A stretch of 57,724 nt of DNA, the filler included, from Sphacelaria rigidula (taxonomy: Eukaryota), in NCBI GenBank assembly GCA_964200075.2. It is 6 parts of 6 records of this genome, joined end to end, with 100 filler letters (N's around TTAATTAATTAA, not from the genome) between each part and the next. Parts side by side here need not be neighbours in the genome. Positions count along the whole stretch, not along the records: positions 19,277 to 28,814 come from CAXNAA020008269.1; positions 28,915 to 38,452 come from CAXNAA020008270.1; 4 more parts are not named here. One strand, given 5' to 3'. A program made the position numbers and the translations under genes. Shown here piece by piece: positions 25,473 to 38,100 of this stretch. Every line of letters starts with the position of its first letter. The first letter of the stretch is position 1. The notes below the pieces were generated by a model. The model saw nothing but the letters and a program-made list of their open reading frames with translations. It was not told the DNA's origin and ran no database searches.

Positions 25473-26168
25473 AATCTGCTTCTACACGTCTCCTGTCTGT
25501 GAGGATGTGCGAAGTGGTTTTGGCGTGGTGTCTGCGTGTACTACTGTTGTCTTCGTTAGTCGTGCACGAGCAGATTACCTGATCTTGTTGCTGACCTACC
25601 TGTCCACGCTCGTGCATTCCGTTGTACCTCAGAGTCGACCAGTTACTGTGGCCGTGGGGGCCGTTATTCGCGTGTATGCTGTTTTTCATGTTATCGCGGG
25701 GTGCGGTTATCTCATCGAAGTTTTCATGCGTGTGAGCTTTACCGTCCAATCTAATGTACCCTGCTGACGTTTGCTTGTTACAGTACGTCTTGGTGGGGTT
25801 GGTCATCGACCTTTTTGTTGGGCGTGGGCGATGCGGAATGGGGCTACGCGATCTACCGCTGTGACGTGCTTCAGGGTTGCTACATGCGTCGGTACTTCTG
25901 CTCTCACCTTGAAAGAAGCTTGCCGCCACCGACCCCGGTTGGGAGGCCTGGGCGATACCCACCGACCTCGCTGAGTCCGTGACCAGTCCTTTTCCTCCCC
26001 CCAGACTGGTAGGCCCCGCCGACTGGCGGAGCCCGCACCCTCAGGTGCCCCGCCCAGCTCCGCCATTTTCGCACAAGTTGTGGAATAACCGCGCCACTGT
26101 ACTCGCTGCGGCCGCCGGTGCCGCTAGTGCTGGTGGTTTTGCCGTCACCGCCGCCGGGGCTGTTGGAG

Positions 26169-28106
26169 TTATCTTGATCGCCTCTGGCGGCTGGAGGGGC
26201 GGGCCTCCGATGGCTTCGTGCTTGCTGGTGTGGTCCGGGAGGCGGCAGCCGCGCCCCCGTGGGCACGTGAGGCCCTGCCATGCTCGTGACCAGACGCCCG
26301 CCGGCGGGGCTCATGACGCCAGTTCCGTGTTGACATCGGTGTTCGGTGAGGTGAGGTGTAGCCACTAGGGCGGGTACGACGGAGGGTGGGGGGCGACGCG
26401 TTTTACCGCGTTGCTCGTGCCTCCGTCGGGGAGCGCCTTCCGCTTGACGGCTGTCGTGGGGGCGGGCTGCGCGGGTGAGCCTGCTACGGTGAGGCCGGGG
26501 TTCTGGCGTCCAATGGGGTTGCTGGGATGATCGTCAGCGGTGAGCGTCTTGACGCGGGTGAACGCTTGTACCGGCGCTGCGGGTCCCTGCCCGTTGGTGG
26601 GTGGGGCGGCGGATGACTTGAGTCACCCTACGATAGGGGGGGGGTATTTGGGGCCATTTCTTGCACGAAATTCCAAGACAAATCGCCGCTGAAATCAGCA
26701 ACGGTTGCTCGAACGAGCTTGTTATAGATATATACCGCTCGTTCATACCGATTGACACCGTTTTGAACCAAATACAAGCGCATCGCGAGTGTTGCAGGTC
26801 ATCTGACACACTTATTAGCCTTTTTTTCGTGCAACCAAATACCCCCCCCCCTATCGTAGGATGACTCGCTTCATGCGTGGATTCAGCCCGGCGTCCCTGC
26901 AGTCTGTCAGCCACCCGTTGACGTCGTGATTGAAGTCGGTAATTATGCGGGTTTTCACGGCCGCCTCGTCTCTGTGTGTAGCTTCGTACGTTTTCCCGGT
27001 GTACGCGCCCAGCGCCGACGCCATCCTCGTCAGCCCCCCTGTGGTAAAAGCTCTCCTATCCCGTCCGCCGTGGTTGTCGTTGGCGCCGAAGTTGATGATG
27101 ATGACCAACGCCTTGGTGAAGGTGGTGACGTGAACGTCGGCGCGGAAGTAAGGTTTGTTTATGCCCGGGGGCACCGGGGAGTGAAAGTTGGCGGCGTCTA
27201 CATCAGTTAACGTCTGGAGGTCGATGAGCATGTCGCGGTTGGTGTCTGCCACGTCGCGGAGTTTAAGCTTTAGGTTTGCATCTGACATGGGAATGGAAAT
27301 GGAAATGGAGACCCCGCCCCTGAGAATGTGGTGAGGTGCTGTATTTTCGTCCGACAGCCAGCTGTTGATCTCCTGTTTTCCCTGCATTTTTTCTGCCTTC
27401 TTTCTACTGGCGGGGGCGGTGTTAGACGCTCCCATTGATGAATGAGTTGTTGAATCTGCACCCCTCCCGCACCATTGAGAGGCTGGAGGAGTTGGTGGAC
27501 CTGGGATTGCGGCTGTGCTCGGTAGTATTGCTGTGGTTGACGTTGTTGGTGTTGTTGTACGTGGTGCTGATCCAGCTGCGGTTGTTGATGGTGCTGCTGC
27601 GGCTGCGGCTGTTGGTGTTGGCGTTGCTGCTGCGGCTGTTGGTGTTGCCAGTGCTGCTGAGGTTGTTGATGTTGCTGGTGCTGTTGCAGTTGTTGATCAT
27701 GGTGATATGGCTGCGACTGTTGGTGTTGGTGATGCGGTAGCGACCCTTCGATGGGTGGCGGCAGTGGGACGTTGGGTGCGAGCAGGGGGAGCCCGTGTAC
27801 TCTTCCCCCCGCTATGTTCTGTAGCTGTGAGGCGCTCGCCGGCTGCCGGCCGGTCCTACCTCGCGGTTGTGGTTGCCTGTACCGGAGAAGACATACCTGC
27901 TGTTGAAGGGTCGATATCACTTGGCTCTGCTGCTGCTGTCTGTGGAAGTTTTGCTGGTGTTGCTCTTCCATGTTGATGTTCGTTTTTACCTGTGCCTGCA
28001 GGATTTGAGCCAGAATGTCTGACGCTGGCTTAGGCCATGTAACAGCCTGGATTCGTTTTTGAGGTTCAATATTTGGATGAGGTTCAACGGAGCATCGAAA
28101 TTTCAC
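26169..28106 (-). pseudogene. ORF1/gag-like region of the Ngaro-like element: Gln-rich N-terminus, frameshifted and MITE-interrupted
   Basis: ORF 27270-28106 (poly-Q/H) overlaps ORF 26851-27435; removing the 26620-26867 MITE restores the frame (MK(S/P)SAAPPTNGQGP...). Assigned by position, not homology. Confidence 0.55.
26620..26867. mobile_element. MITE with GAGTCA(C/T)CCTACGATAGGG TIRs
   Basis: ~33-bp TIRs, imperfect 4-bp TSD (ACTT/GCTT); inverted copy at 45689-45918. Confidence 0.85.
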
Positions 28107-28814
28107 TCATTTGGTCAAAAGGCTCGGGATTCGCAACCGGTTTCGACCATGTGCCCTTAACCCAGAAACTTCTGCACGGCAGCGAAAGCATGATGATGAG
28201 TGGTCCAACAGAAAAACCACCGTCATTCCTCGTGCGGCATCTTTTGGGCAACCTCTGCGTCTAAGCGCTACGGAACACGTAACAAAGTAGCTGGAAGCAT
28301 ACTTCTTTGGGCTAGTCATCGAGTTTTTGAGCGTCTCTTGTTGAGTATCTGAGAGAGACTTCATACTGTTGCGCCGGCGACGACCGCCGCCAGCGAAACG
28401 ATCCAATGCGGCGGTAGACGCCAAAGATCTTTGAAACGCAGCATCATTCAGCAGTCTGCTGAGATATACCATCACCAGAGTACAGCATTACTACAGAACA
28501 GAGGTGAGTTGTTTCAAATGGATGCCCCACAATAAAGCTACAGACACGCATAACAGGGGTAAGGGTTAGCCCCACGCCTGGGGTTATTTCGCCAGTAGTG
28601 TCCATGCGAGGCGCTTCATCCAGTCTGAACCAGCTATCACGCCTTGTATGGCCACCTCCGCCGTGGCTGTGTTGAGAACCGGTTTCGCGGTGAGGCTGCT
28701 GAACAATAAACAACAAATTGTGCGAATTGAGGTTTACCTTTGAGATGAGGCTCAAGCCTTAAACAGTGCTTTCCTCACACTTTCAGAGATGGTGCCCAGT
28801 GACGTTTTCGTCGG

Positions 28815-28914
28815 NNNNNNNNNNNNNNNNNNNNNNNNNNNNNNNNNNNNNNNNNNNNTTAATTAATTAANNNNNNNNNNNNNNNNNNNNNNNNNNNNNN
28901 NNNNNNNNNNNNNN
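28815..28914. other. Artificial contig spacer
   Basis: Same linker; next contig starts in a long poly-G tract. Confidence 0.98.
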
Positions 28915-28947
28915 GGGAGAGGGCTGGAGAGGGGGGGGGGAAGAGGA

Positions 28948-29010
<63 letters not shown>

Positions 29011-29289
29011 AGTGTGGGTCCAGGCATCTTTTTTTCACCCGTCCTTGGTCGATGCGCTGAAATCCTCATACTCGTACATACCGAGATTCGTTGCCATAAA
29101 AGTGGGTCTCAAGCAACTCACCATTTCTCCATAAATTCTGAACAGATTTGAGCAATAAGGTCACGTGCACAGCTGATAAGCAGCTACGCATATGCCGCAC
29201 ATGTCAAAGTAATTGCCGCCCACCAATTGTACAATCTTCCATCCGTGTTATTACTCAAGTTGGTCAACCTTATCCGGAGCCACCATTCG

Positions 29290-29420
29290 AAAACACATGC
29301 GATATTTCTACAGACATGATCACTACTGTACATTGACATACAGCCTATCGTATCCATATATTTTCGACTTGCGTCACCCCCGGGAGGCCCGTACCAACCT
29401 CCCGAAGGGAAACCTTGTAT
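29290..29420 (+). repeat. Direct repeat ending in GC hairpin (Helitron-like 3' end), copy 1
   Basis: Matches 30600-30735; CGGGAGG-N10-CCTCCCG hairpin followed 8-9 nt later by CTTG. Confidence 0.55.
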
Positions 29421-29833
29421 GTACATGTACCATTTCACATTTTTCACCACTTTTGCCGAGTTTTATTTGGCGGCATGGCATTTTTTCCCGTGCTTTTTTT
29501 TTAAGCGCACTGAGAAGGTTCAGCGGTACATTACCGTCCAGGTTTGGATGTCATCTGATACCTGTGGCGCGTGTTCTGGCCACCGAAAGTTGCTCAAATT
29601 GGCCCTTTTTCGCGGGGTGTCGATCCCGAACCACAAACTCCTTTTCAAGATAATGAAGAACTTGAAACAGGGACCCGAACCACAGAAGCCTCTTGAAGAT
29701 CATGGAAAACTTCGAACATGATTGCTTTGGGCGGGTTATTTTTTCCCCGTCTTTCTCTTTGTCGCGTTCTCGTTCATTTGGGAGCACGAGCACACCGGTT
29801 TCGCCGCCAACGTCACGAGAGCATGAGAGCAAA

Positions 29834-30235
29834 CACACGCGGCCATTCGGCTACCCCCATGAACATCCTCTATCGCGATTTTCATCCTCTCGAGGGTAAA
29901 GTGACCCCCCGGAGGATAAAAATACCCTTATGAGGGTATTTCATACTCAGTTTCGGTCATAAAATGAATCCTCGGGAGGGCATCTGATGCTCCAGTGACT
30001 TCTGAGGTCTGAATCCCTCGAGATTAACAAAAAGGATGGTGATCTGGAAGGCTGCGCATCCTCTACGTTCCTCCAGACGGTGCGCGACCCTCCAGAGGCA
30101 AAACAAGCCTCTGCAGGCGTTCGACCCCACCCATCTGGAGGGCCGCGCACCCGCTGGAGGCGTTCAATTCCTCTAGAGGCTCGAAAAGTCGACCGGAACT
30201 GAGTATTTTGGGGGGTAGCCGAATGACCGCGTGTG
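29834..30235. mobile_element. MITE with CACACGCGG(C/T)CATTCGGCTACCCC TIRs
   Basis: 24-bp TIR with one mismatch plus subterminal inverted ATACTCAGTT.CGGTC; TSD degraded. Confidence 0.75.
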
Positions 30236-30599
30236 AAGCAGTTGAAAACAATTGAACGTTGCCTTGGCCTTAGTCAGCAGCAAACACATGACCGTGCAAT
30301 GGGCCGTTGGCGAGTTGAACAAGGCACAGCAGCACGGCAGCACAGGAATGTTTTGCCGCATAACCGATCACCCTGTTCAAAAAAAGGCCCGGTGATGTGG
30401 AAGCCACAGTGATGTACAAAGAACATGCCAAGAATGTTCCACGCATTCCAACTTTTCGGGAAGTGCCTTCCTCTGCCATGTCTTTGTGGCGCGAGAGCTA
30501 CTTCGCACTTTCGCACCTCGGGAATGCCACACATGTCCTACGCCGGTGGTTCCGCCGTCGGCCTCCGTCCGAATTCCCATATTCCAGAACGGCATCCGA

Positions 30600-30735
30600 T
30601 AACACACGCGATGTTTTGTACAGCCACGATCACTACTGTACGCTGAGATACCACAGCCTCTCTTGACCATATATTTTCGACTTGCGTCACCCCCGGGAGG
30701 CCCGTACCAACCTCCCGAAGGAGAACTTGGCATGT
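30600..30735 (+). repeat. Direct repeat ending in GC hairpin, copy 2
   Basis: A core of about 55 bp (ccatatattttcgacttgcg...cctcccgaagg) is identical to 29290-29420. Confidence 0.55.
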
Positions 30736-32762
30736 ATATATATATAATATATATATATTTCAAATACAATGGAGTACAACTGAAAACAAAGGCTGAGCCC
30801 CAGTTCCTCGGAAGTTGCGGGACTCGCATGGAATTTGCATGGTTCTAGTTTTACCCACGTTCGAAATTCACAGACACCGGTCCGTTGTTCTTTCTCCAGA
30901 CATTTTGTGCGAACAGCGTCAGCGAATATATGATTTGCACGTGACCACTCACAAAAATATTATTTTCGGCTCGGATGACATGTGGTGCTCTATGCGGGGG
31001 GACTTGGCCATGGTGATCGAGTGTTCTTACTTCAGCCGCAATGCTCACCTAATACAAACGATTTCAAGCTGGCATGTCTAACGAGGGTATCCAGGTTTTT
31101 TCACCAGATTGAAATACGTTGATTGAGATAGAGGCCTCAGTTGGCAAGCTATTACAGAGAGCGTATAAGGCCTCGCATGAGGTTCAGGGGGGAAATTTGG
31201 GAGTCATACTAATCTAGGGATGAATCGACCATTTCTGGAAACAAACGTGGAGTGCTAGATTGACGCTGATTGACAAAGCCAATGCAATCAAAATATACAA
31301 TAGAATCATCCCACGGCTGCGAGCTTTCATTCGAGCTGCTCCTTGCCTGACTCGGCGAAGTACTCCCCAAGGAACACCAGTCGATGAACGGATTAGGATT
31401 TCCCATTCTTTGGGTTCTCACCCTCAACCAAGCGCTAGACTCTCAATTTGGCGAATGCTCTGTTGGTATTGTGTGACGCTAAAAAATACCGGAAGCATTG
31501 CAATTTTGGGCTCATCTCTTGACACAGCCAGTGTGGTACCGGTAGCTGTTTCAAGGCGCCACCTAGAAACAAATTGCACCCTAAAACAGTAAGAGCTTCT
31601 GCTGCTGTATGAAACATGAGCAAATGCCGCTCTCGGGAATGGCGTAGAGAATGCCTCAATTATTGGGCTAAAAAACGACCTGAGAGCATTGTACGGCAGA
31701 TCATCTTCCAAGCCATCCTTTTGTTTCGAGGCTATATTGGCGATACATGCAGCCAGTAGTCTCGAGCTGAACCGGGGGAGATTTTGAATGTTGAAAACCG
31801 ATAGTAATTTAGAATGAAAATGACACGAAACTTCGTGCGGCAAATCGAAGAACAACTTCATCTTGATTTTTTCATGTGTCGTTTTTCTTAGCTAGCAACG
31901 GGGGTAAAATCACCCCTTTGAACGTTTTTGGTACTTTCCCGCACACTCCAGTCCGCGTTTTCGGTCTGAGCGCATTCAGAATGGTACCCTGGTTGCAAGA
32001 CGTCTGTCACGGTATGTCGACGACATCACGTCGTCAATGGCACACTGTTTTTGTTTTGGGAGGGGGAGGGGGGAGGGAGGTGGCGTAACGTATTACGTCT
32101 ACCATCGAAGAGAGCGCGTTAAGTGGTTTTTCAGCAGGGCGTGTTACCAGGTTATCGCTCGTTTTGTCTCATAGCCGGCATTGAGGAAGGACGCACATGC
32201 ACCGTCAAACGATTCGCAGGAAAAATCCGTGTCCTCGGCGTACACTTTGTCCACCCCCCAAACGGCCCCCGATGACAATTACCCCTTGGCCAAGTGTAAT
32301 CGCCTGTAGCAAGAACTGTCCACCCTCTGAGTAAGGTGAGTGTTTGATCAGTATGCCTTTTTCCGTTGAAAGCAGCAATTTGTATGAAAATAGAACAAGG
32401 GGAAGGTGCTCTTTGTTTTTAATTCTTGTGTGACGTTTATTCCTGAAACGCTTCGTATACGCACCTCAAGATGAACGAACTACGTCGTTTTCGATTGTTG
32501 TGAACAAAATGAAGCTCCCGAGATCGTCACAGAAGTTGACTACAAATGACCCTGACTCGCTTAATCTCCCTGACCCTCTCCCTTATACAGTTTGAATCTG
32601 GATTGTGTCGTGTGCGTCGGCATACAACAAATGGTCAAAGACAGAGCCCACACCGCGAGGAAAGCTTGCTTGGCGGCCATCACCTGCCACGTTGCCCGGG
32701 CGACATACTCATCTATTTCCTGTTGCCCACATGACGGTGTGCTTACATGGGGACCCCTTCAG

Positions 32763-32919
32763 TGTCGTTGCTGACGCCAACTACGAGTACACGAATACGG
32801 ATGGTTGCTACGAAGCGGTCACCTCAGTCGACAGTCAGGACTACAGTGCCTATTACTTTAACGGGGAATTATACGATCAGGACTTTTTCTTCAGGACCTC
32901 CGACTTCGGCGGTGTCGAC
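32763..32919 (+). CDS. Exon of putative extracellular protein (acidic, Tyr/Cys-containing domain)
   Basis: cag|T GTC...GAC|gtgagt; peptide VVADANYEYTNTDGCYEAV...FFRTSDFGGVD joins in phase 0 to 33895. Confidence 0.75.
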
Positions 32920-33466
32920 GTGAGTAAGGCACTCGACATATTTATTCCCGGGTCAACGTGATATTTTCTGCGCTGTTGGTCAGATACCCAGACATAGCTG
33001 CCAGGTGTTGCACCTCGAGTTTCAAGCCGATTCGAGAATCAAGGGTAATATTATGGTAATATTTCAGTGTGGAGCGATCCTATGTGTCGTCGTAGACTTA
33101 CGCGCTGTGATAAATTAACGACCCGTTGAAAAGGGGTTTCCTGGTGTAGTATTCGGTAGGGGCATCTGAGTATCCTTGGGTCGGACTTCGGGTAGGGGTG
33201 GTATGTAACTCTCCGGAGATACCTGCCGTTAGTGGTAAAGTAGAGGTATGCCGAGCATATCCAGCAGCAGTGTCAACATGACAATCGTAGAGGTGTATGG
33301 CGCTTCACTGTCAAGAGTTATTTCGCGATCTATTTTTCTTTTTAATTTTTGCCACGATATATTGGGCGTAGACCAACGCAGTATCTTTGAGCAGTATTTT
33401 TAGCACTTGTTGCCATCACATACCCATCTCATCACCGGTGCGTGCTCTTTTTACAGTACTATTCTC

Positions 33467-33735
33467 CACACGTCGGACAGCTCATGAGCTACCTGGATAT
33501 TACTTCTTATTAGAGTACTGATCCAGATCATGAGCTATAATATAATAGCTCATTCGGCCACTATTTTTTCTCATTAGCTCCCGACAGCGATGGGCGTCGA
33601 GCACGCCGTGTAGCGGAAAGGTAACGCTTTGGCTTCTCGGGCACTGCTGTCACGTCTTTTGTGTTTTTTTACAGCGGATCTGAGAGTTCCCTTCGGTTAT
33701 TTATTCCAGGTAGCTCATGAGCTGTCCGACGTGTG
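33467..33735. mobile_element. Intronic MITE, CACACGTCGGACAG family
   Basis: Perfect 31-bp TIR CACACGTCGGACAGCTCATGAGCTACCTGGA; 8-bp TSD CTATTCTC/CTATTTTC. Confidence 0.9.
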
Positions 33736-33894
33736 CTATTTTCCCTAGTCGCCAACAAGTCACCAACGTGCATTGCATGCTTCTTGTTCACCCGTCGTAA
33801 ACCGTGCGTCAAGGCGATGTGGCTGTCGTGTTGACCCCTTCCCGTTCCCTTCCGCGCACGCTCTCGATTTGGAACACCTTTCACTTGTGTCCAG

Positions 33895-34744
33895 GTGTGG
33901 GTATTCGCTACATATTACGCTGATCGTGACACCTACATCATTCGGTGTAAAGACGCCTACGAGAACGACTGGTCTACGTTGCATCCCACGGAAGTCTTCC
34001 AGTGGGATTGCAATGACAGTGATACTACCGACTACACACTATACGACTACTTGACAACCACCTGCCTCTGCGTCGATCCCATTCCTACTCAAGCTCTTAC
34101 TGCCAACACGGACCCTAGTGCTGCTACCCTTGCTTCTGTTCCAGAGACTACTCCTGCTCCTGCTGCCTCGCCAGTGCCTACTTCCGCCGAGGCTACTCCT
34201 GCTCCTGTTCCAGAGACTACTTCTGCTCCTGCTGCCTCGCCAGCGCCTACTTCCGCCGAGGCTACTCCTGCTCCTGTTCCAGAGACTACTTCTGCTCCTG
34301 CTGCCTCGCCAGCGCCTACTTCCGCCGAGGCTTCTCCTGCTCCTGTTCCAGAGCCTACTCCTGCTCCTGCTGCCTCGCCAGTGCCTACTTTCGCCGAGGC
34401 TTCTCCTGCTCCTGTTCCAGAGACTACTCCTGCTCCTGTTGCCTCGCCAGCGCCTACTTCCGCCGAGGCTTCTCCTGCTCCTGTTCCAGAGCCTACTCCT
34501 GCTCCTGTTGCCTCGCCAGTGCCTACTTCCGCCGAGGCTTCTCCTGCTTCTGTTGCCCCAACAGACCCCACTGCGGCTCCTAATGCCACCTCGGGACCTA
34601 CTGCTTCTTGGGTTTCCACCGAGACCCCAGTAACATCTTGGACGCCGGCGCCCCTTGTAGGAGCTCCTACTTCAACTCGTGCTCCTGAGACTGCGTCGTT
34701 CCCGCCTGCAGTCAGCACGCCGACAGGCCAACGGGGGGATGAAG
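33895..34744 (+). CDS. Exon of putative extracellular protein with Pro/Ala/Thr/Ser-rich repeat stalk
   Basis: ccag|GTG acceptor and GAAG|gtaggc donor; VWVFATYY...WDC...TTCLC followed by six 23-aa repeats. Confidence 0.8.
34135..34549 (+). repeat. Coding tandem repeat, 6 x 69 bp (PVPE(T/P)T(P/S)AP(A/V)ASP(A/V)PTSAEA(S/T)PA)
   Basis: Directly visible in-frame 69-bp periodicity. Confidence 0.92.
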
Positions 34745-35189
34745 GTAGGCACAGGTGGGGAATGGAAGTGGACATGACATCGCGATGGGGGGCGTGGATG
34801 GTTTTGCGGACGGGCCCATTTTGGAAGCCCGTCGAGTACGCTGATTGTGCTCTCGTTTGCTCGTTCCCCTTCAGCTCATGCCTGTTCGTTTTCACCTTTC
34901 GATATTATTTGTCGACTCTGAGCCTTTTGCGGTTGTTTCATTCATCAAATCCCCTATTGCTTTTTTACATGACACGATCCGCGCGTGTGCTATATTATCA
35001 TGTCTCCCAAGGAATGTTCCGTTCCCTTTGTTTTGAGCCTGTGGCCACGGAAGGAAATCGTTTCATTCTACGATTTAGTGGGGTAGGTAAAACCACAGAT
35101 GTGCTAAGCAACAGCAGGGTAACTTCCCCGCCAATTCTTCGGAGGTTATCAGGCCCAAGACGGATACGTTCTTGTCTCTACGCGGAGCA

Positions 35190-38100
35190 TACCCGGAGAC
35201 AGATCAAAGAAATGCCGGACTTCCGGTGCAATATGCCCCCAGAATCGAGAAGTACGGTGAACGGTTTACAGCGGAGGTTTGGAGAGATAGAACCAGATGT
35301 ACATGGGCATAAAAGGCACGGAGGAGTAATGTTAGTCGGAGGTTTGACGAATGCAAGGATTAGAAAAGCAGGTTAACCGGATGATATCATTGGGCAATAC
35401 GGTGAAGAGACAAACAACACGAATGGGCGTAGAAACGCTAAAGTTCCTTCAGAATGACGAGATGAAGACACTGAACGATAGAGCACAAAAGCCAGAGGCG
35501 CAATGGGCATGGACTAGAAAATGCAAACACGAGAGAGAACGCTCCGTTCTTGACTATGTAGTGGTGAAAGCATTAAAATAGTAAGGAAATGGAAGTACAT
35601 GTATGCGCAGAGGACGTGGGCACTACAGATCATTGTCTGATGTGGACAGAAAGCCAACGGACGAGAGAGCTAAAAGAAATAGGCGGGGCAGGAAGTTGTA
35701 GTAATTGAGAATAGATATACTAGAAATGGAAGAAAATCAGCGGGAGTTACGAGAAGAGATGTCCAAAACTGCAGTGAAGTTTTCCGAACTGTTGCAGAGC
35801 GTAGGTACAGTTGATACCGAAATGGAAAGAAACCGGGCAGGGGCGGAGATTGTAGAAGAATGGGAGCAGTTGGTCAAGAACACAGCGAGTAAAATCGTAG
35901 GGAAGAAACTGATCGTTTGCAACAGTGCAGTAAAATAGTGGGATGAGGAAGTAAAAGAGGCTGTAAGAGTAAGAAGAGAGGCCCACACAAGATGCATATC
36001 GCGTGAAACTACGGGAGGATGGGAAGAGTATACTAAAGCTTGAAAGGAAGTAAAAAGTATGGTACAGCATGAAAAGAAGAAGAAAGGAATATGGGAAAAT
36101 GTAGTGAATGAAACAAACATTAGTGCACCTTTCAAATGTGGGTAGCGATAAGAGGGATAACGGGAAAGCAGGCAGGAAATATAGGCAAGGGGATAGCCAC
36201 ACTACGAGCACAGAACGGTAAATTGGTTTGTAGTTCGGAAGGGAAGAGATAAGTGCTGGTAGAGCACTACCGTAAACTAGGAACACCAAAAACTAACAAG
36301 AGATTCGACACGGGATCCGAAAAAGATATCGTGGGCAGAGGCAAACGTAGAGGCGTCAAAACGGGAGGATAGTGGCTCGAAAGAATTGCACAGAGAGTTT
36401 GAGAGTTTACTAGAGACAATGTAAAGGAGTGCGTAGCTAAACTCAAGAACAGAAAGGCAGGAGGGGCAGACGAATTAGTGAATGAATTTCTGACGCACGG
36501 GGGAGAGGGAATGATTGCCGTGATAGCTATGCTGTACAACTGGGTCTGGGAACACGAGTACATACCCAAGAGATGAAGAGAAGGAGGAGTTGTCAACATT
36601 CTCAAGAAAGGAGACAAGGCTGACCCAGGGGACTACAGAGGGACAACGCTACTGGGCACGGTAGGGAAAACATTCTGTGAGATTCTGAGTGATGGGGTGC
36701 GAACGATGGTAGAAAAGGAAGAGAGAATCAGCGAGGGGCAAGCAGGTTCTAGACCAGACCGTGATTGGGTAGAGCATGTGTGTACATTAGGTAAGATTGT
36801 TCAAGGGAGGAAAGACGCCGGGCTGACAACGTACTGTTTCTTGCTGGACGTGCAAAATGCCTATGACACAGTATGGAGAAAGTGGGCTGTGGAAAAAGTT
36901 ATGGGAGACTGGGATCAGAGGAAAGATGTGGAGAATGGTGAAGAAGATGACAGAATGTGCGCAAAGTGCTATGATGCTAGACGAGCAAGTATCGAAATGT
37001 TATGGTATTTCACCAGGAGTTGCACAAGGATGTACGTCTCATCACCCAGGTTAGTCAAGGTATCTATTATTGACCTGCTAACACAGCAGTAGAAGCAGCA
37101 AAACAAGGAGTCAAGGTGGGGGAAGACATGGTATCAGGATTGATGCTCGCGGATGATTTCGTGGGGATATCAGGAACAGCAGAAGGATTGCAAAAACAGA
37201 TAGACAAGGCGCTACAACACACTAGGAAAATGGAGAATGACAGCGAACGTTAACAAATGCGCGGTACTTGTCTGAAACGAAGATTAGAAAAACCCGGTAG
37301 ACTTCAAATGGGAGTGAGGAGGAGAGGAATTGTCGATTGTAGACCAGTACGCATACCTTGTGCCTAGATACTAGGATTAAGATATGTATCTTGATGAACG
37401 CGATTGTACCACAGCTGGAATATGCAGAAGTATGGGAGGGGGGACGTGAAGTTGGTGAAGAAGTCGGAAACGGTACAGACGGCAGCAGCTACGAAAATAC
37501 TTGGATGCTCGAAAACGACGAGTAATACAATCTTGAGGGCAGAATTGGGAGTGTACCCACTTGAAACAGAGACATGAGGAAATTGAGATGACAATATAAC
37601 GTAGAGAACATGCAGAGAAAGATCATGTCCGCCATAGTTGATAGGATTGTATGGAAGAAAACGACGAGAGGACAGGCTGGAATGTATGGAACGAGAAAGG
37701 AAAAAACAAGGACGAGGCAATGTCCACAGGTGAATGTGGCGGGTACAAGACAACAGTAAGAGACATGATAAAAATGAAAGAAAAAAAAGTTCTAGGACGA
37801 AAAAGTAGACGAGGAAGAGCACCTGGAGATATACGGGGGGTTGAGGAAGAGGATAGGCATGAAAACATGCTTGCATGACCCAATGGACGCGGCAAAACCT
37901 TGAAGCTTCAGTTTCGAGTAGGGGACCTGGACCTGCCAGAAAGGAGAAGGAAATATACCAGTAGTCGAGAGGAGGAAATAGATGCACCGAATTGCCCCTG
38001 TGGCAAAGCCATGGAGAGAAGGACTCATACAGTGGCAGAATGTGAACTATGTAAGGAGGAACAGGATGTGCTAGATGGGGGAATGCGGAAAGTAAAACGA

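Larger units (their letters stand above)
20537..28106 (-). mobile_element. Degenerate tyrosine-recombinase retrotransposon (DIRS order, Ngaro-like)
   Basis: Order on minus strand: low-complexity ORF1, RT, RNase H, tyrosine recombinase, then two direct repeats at the 3' end. The 5' boundary is uncertain. Confidence 0.88.

Noticed and set aside
28107-28814. ORFs upstream of the Gln-rich ORF as part of the retroelement or a gene
   Set aside because: No recognisable motifs and no copy of the expected A1 repeat.
34089-34895. Minus-strand and alternate-frame ORFs over the 69-bp repeat
   Set aside because: Shadow ORFs of a stop-poor coding repeat.
34745-35376. C-terminal half of the 493-aa ORF
   Set aside because: Lies after a good splice donor and runs into decayed LINE endonuclease sequence.
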